Source: an uncultured Thermoplasmata archaeon
GTDB lineage: Archaea; Thermoplasmatota; Thermoplasmata; Lutacidiplasmatales; UBA184
Reading direction: 5' to 3'
DNA length: 64,000 nucleotides
Assembly (NCBI GenBank): GCA_963749205.1
Contig: CAVVLW010000011.1
Location: 4,367 to 68,366, forward strand
The first letter of the stretch is position 1, and every line of letters begins with the position of its first letter. Of this stretch, positions 19,208 through 30,708 are shown piece after piece. Under the pieces are notes generated by a model. That model was not told the DNA's origin. It did not search any database and saw only the letters and a list, made by a program, of their open reading frames with translations. The translations under genes were made by a program, and so were the position numbers.

Positions 19208-20102
19208 TCAAGGGCCCGTCCCGGGCGGAGGCATGAGCTTCGGCTGGATGGCTTCGGCGGGACTCGTCGGCGCGGTCGGCTTTTCCGGTAGGGGAAGGAA
19301 TTCCTGAAGTCGGCCTTGAGCCGCCTGGACCGCGGGCAGGTCCCCCCCGGGACCCCGTAGGACGTACGCCACGCCGACCGCCAGCAGCGCTCCGGCGAGC
19401 GGACCCGCGAGGTAAATCCAGTAGTGAGCGAAGTTCCCGAGGATGAGGTCGGGCCCGAACGACCGCGCCGGATTTCATCGACGCGCCGCTGATCGGGCTC
19501 CCCCAGAGGCCCGCGAGAGCGATGTATCCTCCCACCGCGAGCGCTGCGATCGGACCCACGTTCTGTGCCTTGGAGGCCGTTCCGAGGATGACGCTCACGA
19601 GCCCGAGCGTGAGGACCAGCTCCATGACCAGCGCCTGGACGTCCGAAATTCCCGGACCGGGGTGGGTCGCACCCAGCATCCCGACCCTACCGAACATCAG
19701 GGCGAGGAACCCGCACGCCAGCGCCGCCCCGAAGAGTTGGGAGCCGATGTACCCGGGGACTCGCCTCCAGGGAAAGTCCCCTCGGGCCGCAAAGGCGATG
19801 CTCACAGCCGGATTGAGGTGCGCTCCCGAAACCGCTCCCATGAACAGGATTACGGCCATCACCATGAGGCCGGGCGCCACGACGGCCGCGGTGGGAGAGA
19901 CCGAACCCGGGACTACCGCGTTCACTACCGTCGCGCCGGCAGCGACGACGACCAGGAAGAACGTTCCGATGACCTCGGCGAACAGCCGCCGCCACTCGAG
20001 TCGAGGGTCGTCGAATGCTTGGCGGTTGATCGGAAACCGCCATAGCAGGCTCGTCACCGTGGTCCGATCGGCCACCACGTCGGGGGGAGTTGCGACCGTC
20101 AT
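19208..20102 (-). CDS. aqpM: aquaporin/aquaglyceroporin (MIP family); second NPA motif lost to a 1-nt homopolymer frame change at about 19471-19478
   Basis: First motif SGAHLNPAVSIAFA is in the frame of ORF 18933..20267. After ...GSPISGASM the read frame gives KSGAVV..., but the +1 frame gives NPARSFGPDLILGNFAHYWIYLAGPLAGALLAVGVAYVL (canonical NPAR plus TM6). The minus-strand sequence atgAAAtcc would read atgaatcc (M-N-P) with one A fewer. Confidence 0.85.
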
Positions 20103-20556
20103 GGCGAAAGAGTCCTCCGGAAGCGCACCCTGGGTAACGAGCGGGGTCGGGAGTCCGCTTCCCCCATGCCGTGAGGGGATTGGGGGGAGTGATATCCGCC
20201 TTTCGAACGGTCGAATCTCCCAACCCCAAGATCCCCCGTCCCTCGGCATGCCGGGACCCTTCCACATTCGTCATCACGGTGAGCATCTGACCGAGAGGGG
20301 ACGCACGAGTTCCCCGTGAAATTGATCGGCGGGGTGAATCAGTCCAGTCCGTCTCCGGGCGACGCGTCCCGGGCGGATTCCGCCGTCATCCTCTCCTCAA
20401 GGACGCTGCGGACCACGATCATCCCGGAGAATGGCATCGGGCGGCAGCCCGTGTGATGAGTGCATTACGATCGGCAGGGCTCGAACGATACACCCCCAGC
20501 GGGTGCCGTTCCGGGCCCCGCCACCTTTTCCTCCTTCCGGTGTTCCCGCACCAACA

Positions 20557-22648
20557 ATGAGCGACCGGGACCAGACATGCATCAACACGATTCGATTCCT
20601 CGCAGTGGATTCGGTTGAAAAGGCAAAATCGGGTCATCCCGGCCTTCCTCTTGGTGCCGCTCCGATGGCCTACGTCCTCTGGGACCGCTTCCTCCGCCAC
20701 AACCCGGCCGATCCCCACTGGCCGAATCGCGACCGATTCGTCCTCTCGGCCGGCCACGGGTCGGCCCTGCTCTACGCGCTGCTCCACCTCACGGGCTACG
20801 ACCTTCCCATCGAGGAACTCCAACGATTTCGGCAGTGGGGTAGCCGGACCCCGGGCCACCCCGAGTACGGCCGCACGCCCGGCGTCGAGGCAACGACCGG
20901 CCCGCTCGGACAGGGATTCGCGATGGGGGTCGGGATGGCGATCGCCGAGCAGCACCTGGCGGCGGCGTGGAATCGGGACGGGTATCCGCTCGTCGACCAC
21001 TGCACGTACGGGATCGTCTCCGACGGCGACCTCATGGAAGGCATCTCCTCCGAGGCCGCGTCGCTCGCCGGCGCACCTCGGGCTCGGGAAGTTGATCTAT
21101 CTTTACGACGATAACCACGTCTCGCTCGAAGGGCCGACCATCTGGGCCTTCACGGAGGACGTCGGGCGTCGATTCGAGGCCTACGGTTGGCAGGTGCTGC
21201 GGGTGGCCGGACGGCAACGACCTCGCGGCCATCGAGAAGCGCCCTCGGGAAGCGCAGAGCGGACACCGCACGACCCAGCCTCGATCTGCGTCCGTACCCA
21301 CCTCGGCTACGGCAGCCCCGTCCAGGACACCCGCGAGGCCCACGGCGAGCCCCTCGGGCCCGGCCAATCTGCGGGCGACGAAGGAGAAGCTGGGCTGGCC
21401 TCTCGAACCCACGTTCCTCGTGCCAGCGGAGGCCCGTGCTCACTTTCGTGAGGCGCTGGAACGCGGCGCTCGGTGGCAGAAGGAGTGGGAGACGCTCCGT
21501 GACCGCTTCGGTCTCAGCAACCGGCCGAGCGGGCGCGGACAGATCGAAGACCAGTACGCGGGAACGCTCCCGGCAGGCTGGGACTCGGACCTGCCCGCGC
21601 TTTCGTCCGAGCGACGGACCGACTGGCGACCCGCGACGCCTCCCAGAAGGTACTCACCGCACTCGGACCCAAGCTCCCCGCGCTCATCGGGGGCGCAGCG
21701 GACCTTTCCCCTTCTACGAAGACGCTGCTCCCCGGGTTCCCGGATTACTCCGCGACCGACGGGCTTGGACGTAATTTCCACTTCGGCGTCCGGGAGCACG
21801 CGATGGTCAGCGCGCTCAACGGCATGGCGCTCCACGGCGGGCTCCTCCCGTACGGGGGGACGTTCCTCGTCTTCTCGGACTACGCCCGGGGGGCGCTCCG
21901 GCTCGCTGCGCTGCAGCAAACGCACGCGATCTTCGTCTTCACCCACGACAGCATCGGCATGGGGGAGGACGGACCGACCCACCAACCCATCGAACAGCTC
22001 GTGAGTCTACGCGCGATCCCGGACTTCTGTCTCTATCCGGCCGGCCGACGCGAACGAGACCACCGCAGTTTGGCGGCTCGCCGTCCAGCGACCGGGTCCC
22101 ACGGCACTCGTCTTCACTCGTCAAAAAGTCTCCGTCCTCGACCCGGCTCGCTATCCGATCGCGGAGGGGGTCCCTCGGGGCGGATACGTTCTCTCGGAGG
22201 CGCCGGCGGGTCCGCCAGGCGGTCGTCCTCGTCGCGACCGGTTCGGAGGTCTCCCTCGCCCTCGATGCGCAGGCGAAGCTCGGCGACCTCGGTGTGGCGG
22301 CGCGGGTCGTGTCTCTGCCGTGCTGGCGCCTGTTCGACGAGCAATCGCCGGCGTACCGCGACTCGGTCCTCCCCCCCGGCACTCCCGAAGGTCTCCATCG
22401 AAGCGGGGACGACCCTCGGGTGGGCGCGGTACGTCGGTCCCGGCGGGGCATCGATCGGGATCGACCATTTCGGTGCCTCGGCTCCCGGGCCGGTGCTTCA
22501 GCGGGAGTTCGGCTTCACCATGGACCACGTCGCTCGAAGTGACGATGCGAGTGCTGGGGCGGCCGAAGCGGGGCGGGTCCGCCGTGACCAGTCTCTCCGA
22601 GCTTCTCTCCCGCGGCCAATCGCCGTGGCTGGATTACATCCGACGTAG
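20557..22648 (+). CDS. tkt: transketolase; several frame changes; 3' end uncertain (about 22560-22648)
   Basis: [42 protein letters not shown]...[20 protein letters not shown]... then pieces in ORFs 20615..21451, 21420..22004, 21803..22648 (...[12 protein letters not shown]..., ...[34 protein letters not shown]..., ...[10 protein letters not shown]). Confidence 0.85.
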
Positions 22649-25352
22649 CTTCTCGACGAGCGGCGAGCTCGAGCGGATGGTCGAAGAAGGACGGGATCAC
22701 CGGGGTAACGATCAATCCGACGATCTTCGAGAAGGCGATCGCAGGAAGCCATGATTATGACGACGCGTTGAAAGATCTCCTCGACCCACGAACCCCACCT
22801 CGGTCCGGCCGAGCTCTATGAGCGGCTGGCGGTGGAGGATGTCCGTCCGCGCGGCGGACGTCCTGCGGCCGGTGTTCGACCGCACCGAGGGCAAGGACGG
22901 TTTCGTCAGCCTCGAGGTCGCTCCCGGCCTCGCCCACGATACTGCGGGCACTGTCGCCGAGGCGCGCCGGCTCTGGGCTGAGGTCGATCGGCCCAACCTG
23001 CTGATCAAGGTCCCGGGAACGCCCGAAGGGGTCCCAGCGATCGAGGAGTTGCTCTCCGAAGGGATCAACGTCAATGTGACCCTTCTGTTCTCCCTCTCTC
23101 AGTACGAGGCCGTCGCCCAGGCGTACCTGCGTGGGGTCGCGCGGGCCCGGGACCCGGCGCGGGTCGCGTCGGTCGCGTCCGTCTTCGTCAGCCGGATCGA
23201 CACCGCCGTGGACCGCGCCCTCGACGCCGCGAACGTGGCGACGGCTACCGCCCTCAAGGGAACGGTCGCCCTCGCCAACTGTCGCGTGATCTATGCGCGA
23301 TTCCAGGAGATCTTTCAAGGGCCGCTCGTTCGCCACTCCGAGTGCCCGGGGAGCGCGGCCTCAACGTGTGCTCTGGGCCAGCACGAGCACGAAGGACCCC
23401 CACTACCGCGACACGCTCTACGTCGAGGAGCTCATCGGACCCGAGACCGTCGACACGATCCCTCCCGCGACTCTTGCCGCGTTCGAGGACCACGGAGTCG
23501 TCCGTGGGGACACGGTGACCCAAGGGATCGCGCAGTCGCTCGAACAGCTCGTCCATGTGGCCGCGGTCGGGGTCAATCTCGCCCAGATCACCGAGGACCT
23601 GCAGACCGAGGGGGTCGGGCTGTTCGCGGACTCGTACGCCCTTCTGCTCCGAACCCTCGCGAGTAAGAAGGAAGCGACTTCTCGCGGGAAACCTCGACCC
23701 CGAATCCTGGAACCTCGGTAGCAGATAGCGGCCGGGTCGAGGCGGTTGAGGCAAGCTGGCAGGCGGCGCGGACCGCCGAGCGATTCTGGAAACTGGATGC
23801 GACCCTCTGGCCCGCTGCCCCCCGGAGCGACGTCGTCTCTCGCATGGGGTGGCTTCAGCTCCCCGAACTGATGCACGACCAGCTTCCCCGGCTCGAGCAC
23901 TTTCGCGGAAGAGGTCCGTTCCGAGGGATTCCGCCACGCCGTGGTTCTGGGGATGGGTGGCTCGAGCCTCGCTCCCGACGTCCTACGCGGGATATTTGGC
24001 AGCCGTCCGGGGTATCCCGAGCTGCTCGTTCTCGATAGCACTCATCCCGGACGCGATCGCCGCGGTCCATCGGAGTATCGACCCGGCGCACACCCTCTTC
24101 CTGGTCTCGAGCAAGTCGGGCACGACCACCGAGCCGCTCGCGTTCTACCGGGTACTTCTCGGAGACAGTCCGCGCGAGCGGCATCGCGCCGGGACGTTGT
24201 TTCGTCGGCGGTCACGGACCCAGGTACTCCGCTCGAGAAGCTCGCTCACGACGAAGGGTTTCGCGCAGTCTTCCTCGCCGTCCCGACGGTCGGGCGGAGG
24301 TACTCTGCGCTCACGATGTTCGGCCTCGTCCCCGCGGCAGCTCATCGGGTTCGACGTGCGTCTGCTCCTCGACCGCGCGTGGACGATGGCCGAAGGCGTG
24401 CGCGCCCTCGGTGCCGGTCGATGAAAATCCTGGGCTATCGCTCGGCGCGGTCCTCGGCGAACTCGCTACCCACGGCAGAGACAAGCTCACGTTCTACGCG
24501 GGGAAGAGCTTCGCCCCGTTCCCGGTCTGGGTCGAGCAATTGGTCGCCGAGAGCACTGGCAAGATCGGCAAGGGGATCGTGCCGGTCGTCGACGAGCCGC
24601 GGGTCGCTCTCGAGCACTACGGGGCGGACCGACTGTTCGTGGAGATCCAGGAAACCGGCCACCTCGACGGTCCGCTCGCGACGCACACGAGTCGACTCGA
24701 GGCTGCGGGTTTTCCGGTGGTGCGCATCCGGGCGCCGGACCGGCTCGCCGTCGGCGAGGAATTCTTCCGCTGGGAGATGGCCGTGGCGAGTGCCGGGATC
24801 GTCCTCGGGATCAACCCGTACGACCAGCCCGATGTCGAGTTCGCCAAGGAGCTCGCTCGCAAGGCGATGGCGCAGCCGTCCGGCGCCACGGGAGCGGCCG
24901 ATGTGGTGACGGTTCGAATCGATAGCGGGGCAGACTTCCACGCGGCCGTCCGGGAATGGCTCGATTCGGCCCGCCCCGGGGATTACGTCGGGATCCAGGC
25001 CTATCTGGCGCCCACCACCGAGACCTCGAGCGCCCTCGATCGGGTGCGCCGCCGACTCCTCGAGCTTCTGAACGTCGCGACGACGCTGGGCTACGGTCCC
25101 CGCTTTCTCCATTCCACCGGGCAGCTGCACAAGGGCGGTCCGAACACCGGGCTCTTCCTCCAGCTGATCGACGCACCCCAGCACGACCTCTCGGTGCCAG
25201 GAGCCGGGTACACGTTCGGGGAGCTCATACGGGCCCAATCGCTCGGGGACTACCAGGCGCTCCGTCAGAAGCAGCGCCGGATCCTTAGAGTGGACCTCGG
25301 GTCCGACGTCCGCGGCGGCCTTCATCATCTCATCGAGGTGCTGCGTGCCTGA
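22545..25352 (+). CDS. tal-pgi: probable bifunctional transaldolase / glucose-6-phosphate isomerase (Tal-PGI fusion type); several frame changes, including an in-frame TAG near 23719 that may be an artefact
   Basis: Tal part: ...[33 protein letters not shown]..., ...[66 protein letters not shown]... PGI (SIS) part: ...[11 protein letters not shown]...GWLQLPELM...[22 protein letters not shown]...[22 protein letters not shown]... Total about 936 aa, the length of known Tal-PGI fusions. Confidence 0.75.
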
Positions 25353-25963
25353 GTGTCTCGCTCCTCCTGTGGGACGTCGGAGGAGTGCTGCTCTCGAACG
25401 GCTGGGACCGGACCGCCCGCGCAGCCGCGGCCGCTCGACTTCAACCTCGACGTCGGCGGAACTGGAACGACGACACCAACTGGTCGAGACGGCGTTCGAG
25501 ACCGGACGGCTCGATTGGGAACGGGTATCTCGCAGCGACCGTCTTCTATGCGCCCCGGTCGTTCACCTCGGACGCGTTCCGGAAGTTCATGCGGGAGCAG
25601 TCCCGAGGCAATACCCCGCTCTCGCGACTGCCCGAGCGCTCCGGAGCGAGGGAAGGTACGTGATGGCGGCGCTGAACAATGAATCCCGAGAGCTGAACGA
25701 GTACCGCATCCGGACCTTCGGACTCACCGAGGTGTTCCACGCGTTCTTCAGCTCGTGTTATACCGGCTACCGGAAGCCCGACCCCGCCGCCTACCGGTAC
25801 GCGCTCGACATCGCTGCAACGTACGCCCCCTGAGACCCTCTTCCTCGACGACCGGCCCGAGAACATCTCGGCCGCCGCCCGGCTCGGTCTTCGCACGCTC
25901 GAAGTGCGGGACCCCGAGCGACTTCGGGAAGAGCTGGCGCTCGCGGGCGTCACGTCGGGGTAG
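25353..25963 (+). CDS. HAD-superfamily phosphatase (DxGGVL subtype); several frame changes
   Basis: LLWDVGGVLLSNGWD (HAD motif I variant), ...YRKPDPAAYRYALDIA... (motif III region), ...LFLDDRPENI... (motif IV). Stop TAG 25961-25963. Confidence 0.55.
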
Positions 25964-25973
25964 GAGGAGAACG

Positions 25974-26883
25974 ATGGAACTGGGAATGGTCGGGCTCGGA
26001 AAAATGGGCGCGAACATGACGGTACGGTTGGTCGAGGGAGGACACCACGTGGTGGGCTACGCTCGGACGAAGGCCGTGGTCGACGCGGTCGTAGCGCAGG
26101 GGGCCTCCGGCGCGGACTCGCTCGCGAATCTCGTGCAGCAGCTCGAGCCCCCACGGGTCGTCTGGCTGATGATCCCGTCGGGCGACCCCGTCGACCAGAC
26201 GCTCGACCAGCTCCATCCGTTGCTCGCGCCCGGCGACCTCGTCGTGGACGGGGGAACTCCTACTACCGGGACACGCTCCGTCGATCCGCCCGGGTCACCG
26301 GTTGGGGCATTCCGGTACGTGGATGTCGGGTACGAGCGGAGGGATCTGGGGGCTCAAGGAAGGGTATTCGATGATGGTCGGCGGCGACGACGCCGATGTC
26401 GAGCGCGTTCGGCCGATCCTCGAGACGCTCGCGCCCGGCCCCAAGCTCGGGTGGGGCCACATGGGTCCCGTCGGCTCCGGTCATTTCGTCAAGATGGTCC
26501 ACAACGGGATCGAGTACGGAATGATGCAGGCGTACGCCGAAGGCTTTGCCGTGCTCCAGGGGAAGACGGAGTTCGCGTTGGACCTGCATCAGGTCGCGGA
26601 GGTCTGGAGGTACGGCAGCGTCATCCGGTCGTGGCTGCTCGAGCTGACCGAGGACGCGCTCGCCGAGAATCCGACGCTCGCCGGCATCGAACCGTGGGTC
26701 GCGGACTCCGGGGAGGGTCGATGGACGGTGACGGAGGCGATGGACCTCAACATCCCCGCCCCGGTGATCACGCTCGCCCTGCAAGCGCGGCTGCGATCGA
26801 GGGAGGCCGACCCGTTCACCGAGCGGCTCCTCGCAATGATGCGCAACAAGTTCGGCGGCCACGACGTGAAGCGGGAGAGCTAG
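25974..26883 (+). CDS. gnd: 6-phosphogluconate dehydrogenase, decarboxylating (short Gnd/YqeC-type); frame change near 26270-26300
   Basis: MELGMVGLGKMGANMTVRLVEGGHHVVGYAR... (NAD(P)-binding) then ...GIWGLKEGYSMMVGGDDADVERVRPILETLAP...HFVKMVHNGIEYGMMQAYAEGF... GGAGGAG box 25964-25970 precedes the ATG. Confidence 0.85.
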
Positions 26884-26885
26884 GC

Positions 26886-28344
26886 ATGGGGAGCCCCGGT
26901 CCCGAGCGGCACTTGTTCGTGGTGTTCGGCGCGACCGGGGACCTGATGCAGCGCAAGCTCCTTCCCGTGCTGTACCGACTGAACGCGAGGGGAAAGCTCC
27001 CGACCGGAACGGTCGTCCTCGGGGTCGCGCGCCGGCCGATGGACGACTCGGCCTTCCGTGGCATGGCCCTCGCGCTCGCTCACTGCGGAAAAGGTCGCAG
27101 AGCCCGGGCCGCTCCGCTCCTTCTGCGATGCGACTCTCTTCTACCAAGCGGTCGCGGACGAAACTGCGCCGAGCTTCGCGGGCCTGCGGCGACGGGTCGA
27201 ACAACTGGAGCAGGAGCACGGTCTGGTGGGAAATCGAATCTTTTACCTCGCGCTGCCCCTCGAAGCGTTCGCCCCCACCCTGGCCGGGCTGGGCGAAGCG
27301 GGGCTGAACGCCGGCCCCGGCTGGACCCGCGTCGTGATCGAGAAGCCGTTCGGGCGGGACCTCGCATCTGCCGAAGCACTGAACGGGCTCGTCCACCGGT
27401 ACTTCGAGGAGAAGCAGGTATTCCGGATCGACCACTATCTCGGCAAGGAGACCGTGCAGAATCTCCTGGTCTTCCGGTTTGCCAATATGTTCATCGAGTC
27501 GCTCTGGACGCGCGAACGGATCGACCACGTGACGATCACCGTCGCGGAGTCGCTCGGCGTGGAAGGGCGCGCCCGCTACTACGAAACGTCGGGGGCACTG
27601 CGTGACATGATCCAGAACCACGTGACGCAGGTCCTGACGCTCATCGCGATGGAGCCTCCCGCGACCCGGGACGAGGACTCGATCCGGAACGAGAAGGTCA
27701 AGGTGCTCCAAAGCATCGTCCGCTTCGGACCCGGTGACGTGGTTCGGGGCCAGTACACCTCGGGGAACATCGACGGAGCGCCGGTCTCGGGTTATCGGGA
27801 GGAACCCGGAGTCGCTTCCGAATCGGACACCGAGACGTTCGTTGCGCTCCGGTCTGAAAATCGCGAACTGGCGGTGGCAGGACGTCCCGTTCTTCCTGCG
27901 AACGGGCAAGCGACTCCCCGCGAAGTCAAGCTGGGTCGTGCTGACCTTTAAGGCCCCCCCGTGACGTTCTTTCAGACGGCCCAGGAGTACAACGCGAACC
28001 CGGACCGCATCTCGATCCTCATCCAGCCCGACGAGGGGTTCGAGCTCGCGTTCGAGGTGAAGGTGCCCGGCCGGGAGATGCGCCTGCAGACCCATCGGAT
28101 GAAGTTCAACTATGCCGAGGTGTTCGGCGAGCTTCCGGACGGGTACGAGACGCTCCTGATCGACGTGATGCTGGGGGACCCCACCCTCTTCGTCCGCGCC
28201 GACGAGGTAGAGGAGTCGTGGCGCCTCTACGAACCGCTGCTCCGGTCGCCTCCCCCGCTGAAGTTCTATCCTGCGGGTTCGTGGGGACCCGAGGAGGCTC
28301 AGACGCTCGTCCAGGGGTGGGGGCACCGTTGGTATTACGGTTAG
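26886..28344 (+). CDS. zwf: glucose-6-phosphate 1-dehydrogenase (canonical Zwf); frame changes near 27060 and 27900-27960
   Basis: [22 protein letters not shown] (N-terminal dinucleotide motif), EKPFGRDL and the strictly conserved RIDHYLGKE at 27424-27450; C-terminal domain in ORF 27961..28344. Confidence 0.9.
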
Positions 28345-29110
28345 ACCGTAGGGCGCTCGTCTTCCCGGATCTCGATACCGCCAGCGCGGCCCTCGCCCGT
28401 CATCTCGTCACCACCGCGATCGCCTCCGTGCGTGAGCGAGGCGGCTTCTCGCTCGTAATCTCGGGCGGACGCACCCCGCTCGGACTCTACCGGCGCCTCG
28501 GAGGAGCCGCCGGTCGCCGTTTTCCGTGGAAGTCGACCGACCTGTTCTTCGCGGACGAACGCTGTGTTCCATCGCGGAATCCCGAGAGCAATTTCGGCGT
28601 GGCGTGGGACACGTTCCTTTCCCGGGTGACGATCCCGCGCCACCGGATCCACCGACTGCGCGGGGAGCTGAAGCCTCCCTCGGAAGCCGCGGCGCGGTAC
28701 GCGCGCGCACTCGGGCATCTCGCGCTCCCGGGAAACTCGCTTCCTCCACGTTTCGACGTGGTCTTGCTGGGGATCGGTCCGGACGGTCACACCGCGTCCG
28801 TGTTCCCCGGGCAGTCCCGCGGCGCACGAGGAGCGGCGCGCCGTGGTCGCGGTGCCGCATTCGGGGTTGCGTCCGTTCGTCCCCCGGTTGACGTTGACGC
28901 CCCCGGCCCTCTCCTCGTCCCGAGAGGTCTGCTTCCTCGTCGCGGGAGCGGACAAGGCGGACGCGGTAGCCGGCGTCTTCGAACCGGTCCTGCGGGGGAC
29001 CTCGGCCTTCCGGCGAGCCTGTGCGGCCCCCGGGGCCCGCATTCTGGTTTCTGGATTCTGCGGCGGCGGACGGGCTTCCGTCCCCGAGGGCGGGTCGCCG
29101 CTCCAACTAG
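28329..29110 (+). CDS. pgl: 6-phosphogluconolactonase (Pgl/DevB); frame changes near 28830 and 28990
   Basis: ...FSLVISGGRTPLGLYRRL...DLFFADERCVP...FDVVLLGIGPDGHTASVFPG..., then ...VCFLVAGADKADAVAGVFEP..., and in the +1 frame ...LPASLVRPPGPAFWFLDSAAADGL*. Probable TTG start overlapping the zwf stop. Confidence 0.8.
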
Positions 29111-29121
29111 CTCCGGGCCCG

Positions 29122-29819
29122 TCACACGGGTCGGGCCGGAGTGACGTCGGCCCAGAGCCGAACCCCGCCGACCATCGCGTTCCGATTATCGCCGCGCTCC
29201 GCCCGGGGCGGGAGCTCTCGGAGCTTGCGAACGTTCCCCCTCCCAGCACCACGTAGTCGGGTTCGAGCGCGTCCGAGAGGGTCTTCGTGACGGCGAAGAC
29301 CTCCTTCTGCCACTTCCTCCGACCGAGGCGCTCCAGACCATCCTCGCCAACAAAATCCTCGTACGTCTTTCCTTTCTTGTACGGGAGATGGGCGAGTTCC
29401 ATGGGCTCGAGCTTCCCCTCGACGATCATCGCGCTTCCTCGGCCGGTCCCGAGTCCGAGGAAGAGCATCCGCCCGCCGTGGTAGCTCCCGAGGGCCTGCA
29501 TGGCCGCGTCGTTCACGACCCGGGTCGGGCGACGGAACGCGTTCTCGAACCCGAACCCCACCCACCCTTTCCCGAGGTTCGGGGGTTCGGCCACGGGCCG
29601 GCCGTGGACGACAAGCCCGGGGTAGCCGACCGACACCAGGTCGTACCGTTCTCCTCTCAATCGTCGAGCCAGCCTCTTCACCATCTCACCGGGTTCAAAG
29701 TTCGGGCCGGAAGGGATCTTGATTTCTCTCCCCCCGTCCGAGAAACCCGCCTTCACGTGGCTCCCACCGACGTCGAGGACGAGAATTCGCTTCGGTCGTG
29801 GCGGACGTTTCGACCCCAT
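29122..29819 (-). CDS. glk: ROK-family glucokinase (polyphosphate/ATP glucokinase-like); frame change near 29170-29200
   Basis: RILVLDVGGSHVKAGF... (ROK N-terminal ATPase motif), ...RVVNDAAMQALGSYHGGRMLFLGLGTGRGSAMIV..., C-terminal ...GGGNVRKLRELPP...RGDNRNAMVGGVRLW in another frame. Only the first 230 codons of ORF 28341..29819 are real. Confidence 0.7.
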
Positions 29820-29926
29820 CGGGGGCCGCCAACCGCCAGAGGCGGTTAAAACTCCCGGTGGTCAGCGGGTCAACGGTGTCTCCGCCGAATCGTGGACCCG
29901 CTGGCCGCTGAAGGTGACCTACGACG

Positions 29927-30583
29927 CTAAGAGAGAACTCGGAAGGCGATATTGAAGTTGCCCAGCTTCATCGCCACTCGCACCCAGAGAGGTACGAGGG
30001 CCTCGAGCCACCGGGCCCCTTCGATGCCTCCAAGGTCCACCGACCCGGACCATCCGAACTCCCGAAGGATGCGGTCGACTTCGGCCTTGGCCCCGTCGTC
30101 GTTTCCCGCGATGATCATGGTGGGGCTGGCCCCGTGGATGGCCGGATGGGTCATCACATTCGCCGGAACGATGTTGAAGCACTTCACGACGCGCGACCCT
30201 GGCAGCTTTCGCTGGTGACGCTCGCCGAGGGAGTCGGTCATGCCTACGAAAAGACCGGGGGGCGGTCCGTGGGAGAAGTCGAGGGCGTTCGTCGCGTCGA
30301 TGAGGACCTTCCCGTCAAAGTGTTCGGGCCCGGCGAGCGCGATGACCTCTTCACTTGCGGTACCCAAGCAGGCGAGGACGACGACCTCCCCATGCTGCGC
30401 GGCCTCGGCGAACGTCCCCGTCGAGACCTTTCCCGGAGTAGCCTTCTTCCACGCTACGAGCTCCGGCTTGTCCGGTGTCTTCGACCCGATCTGGACATCG
30501 TGCCCGTGCTCGGCGAAGCCCGTCCCGAGCGTTTGACCGACCACGCCACTACCGAGGATTCCGACGCGCATGACCGCCGGCAC
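29927..30583 (-). CDS. NADP oxidoreductase, coenzyme-F420-dependent family (NpdG/ProC-like dinucleotide-binding protein)
   Basis: MRVGILGSGVVGQTLGTGFAEHGHDVQIGSKTPDKPE... (Rossmann fold), about 215 aa, PF03807-like. Confidence 0.6.
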   Translation of the reverse strand: MPAVMRVGILGSGVVGQTLGTGFAEHGHDVQIGSKTPDKPELVAWKKATPGKVSTGTFAEAAQHGEVVVLACLGTASEEVIALAGPEHFDGKVLIDATNALDFSHGPPPGLFVGMTDSLGERHQRKLPGSRVVKCFNIVPANVMTHPAIHGASPTMIIAGNDDGAKAEVDRILREFGWSGSVDLGGIEGARWLEALVPLWVRVAMKLGNFNIAFRVLS

Positions 30584-30708
30584 GGGGGCTCCGACGATAA
30601 GGGTTGCCGTTCACAAACTCCGCCCCGGAGGCCGCCCTCCACGACGGGTGAGCCGCGCAGGTGAGTTCCAACTTTATCTACGCCGAGGGTTGCCCTGACT
30701 GGTCTCCG

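Noticed and set aside
28341-29819. 492-aa minus-strand ORF
   Set aside because: Only the first about 230 codons (ROK glucokinase) are real. The remainder is antisense of pgl.
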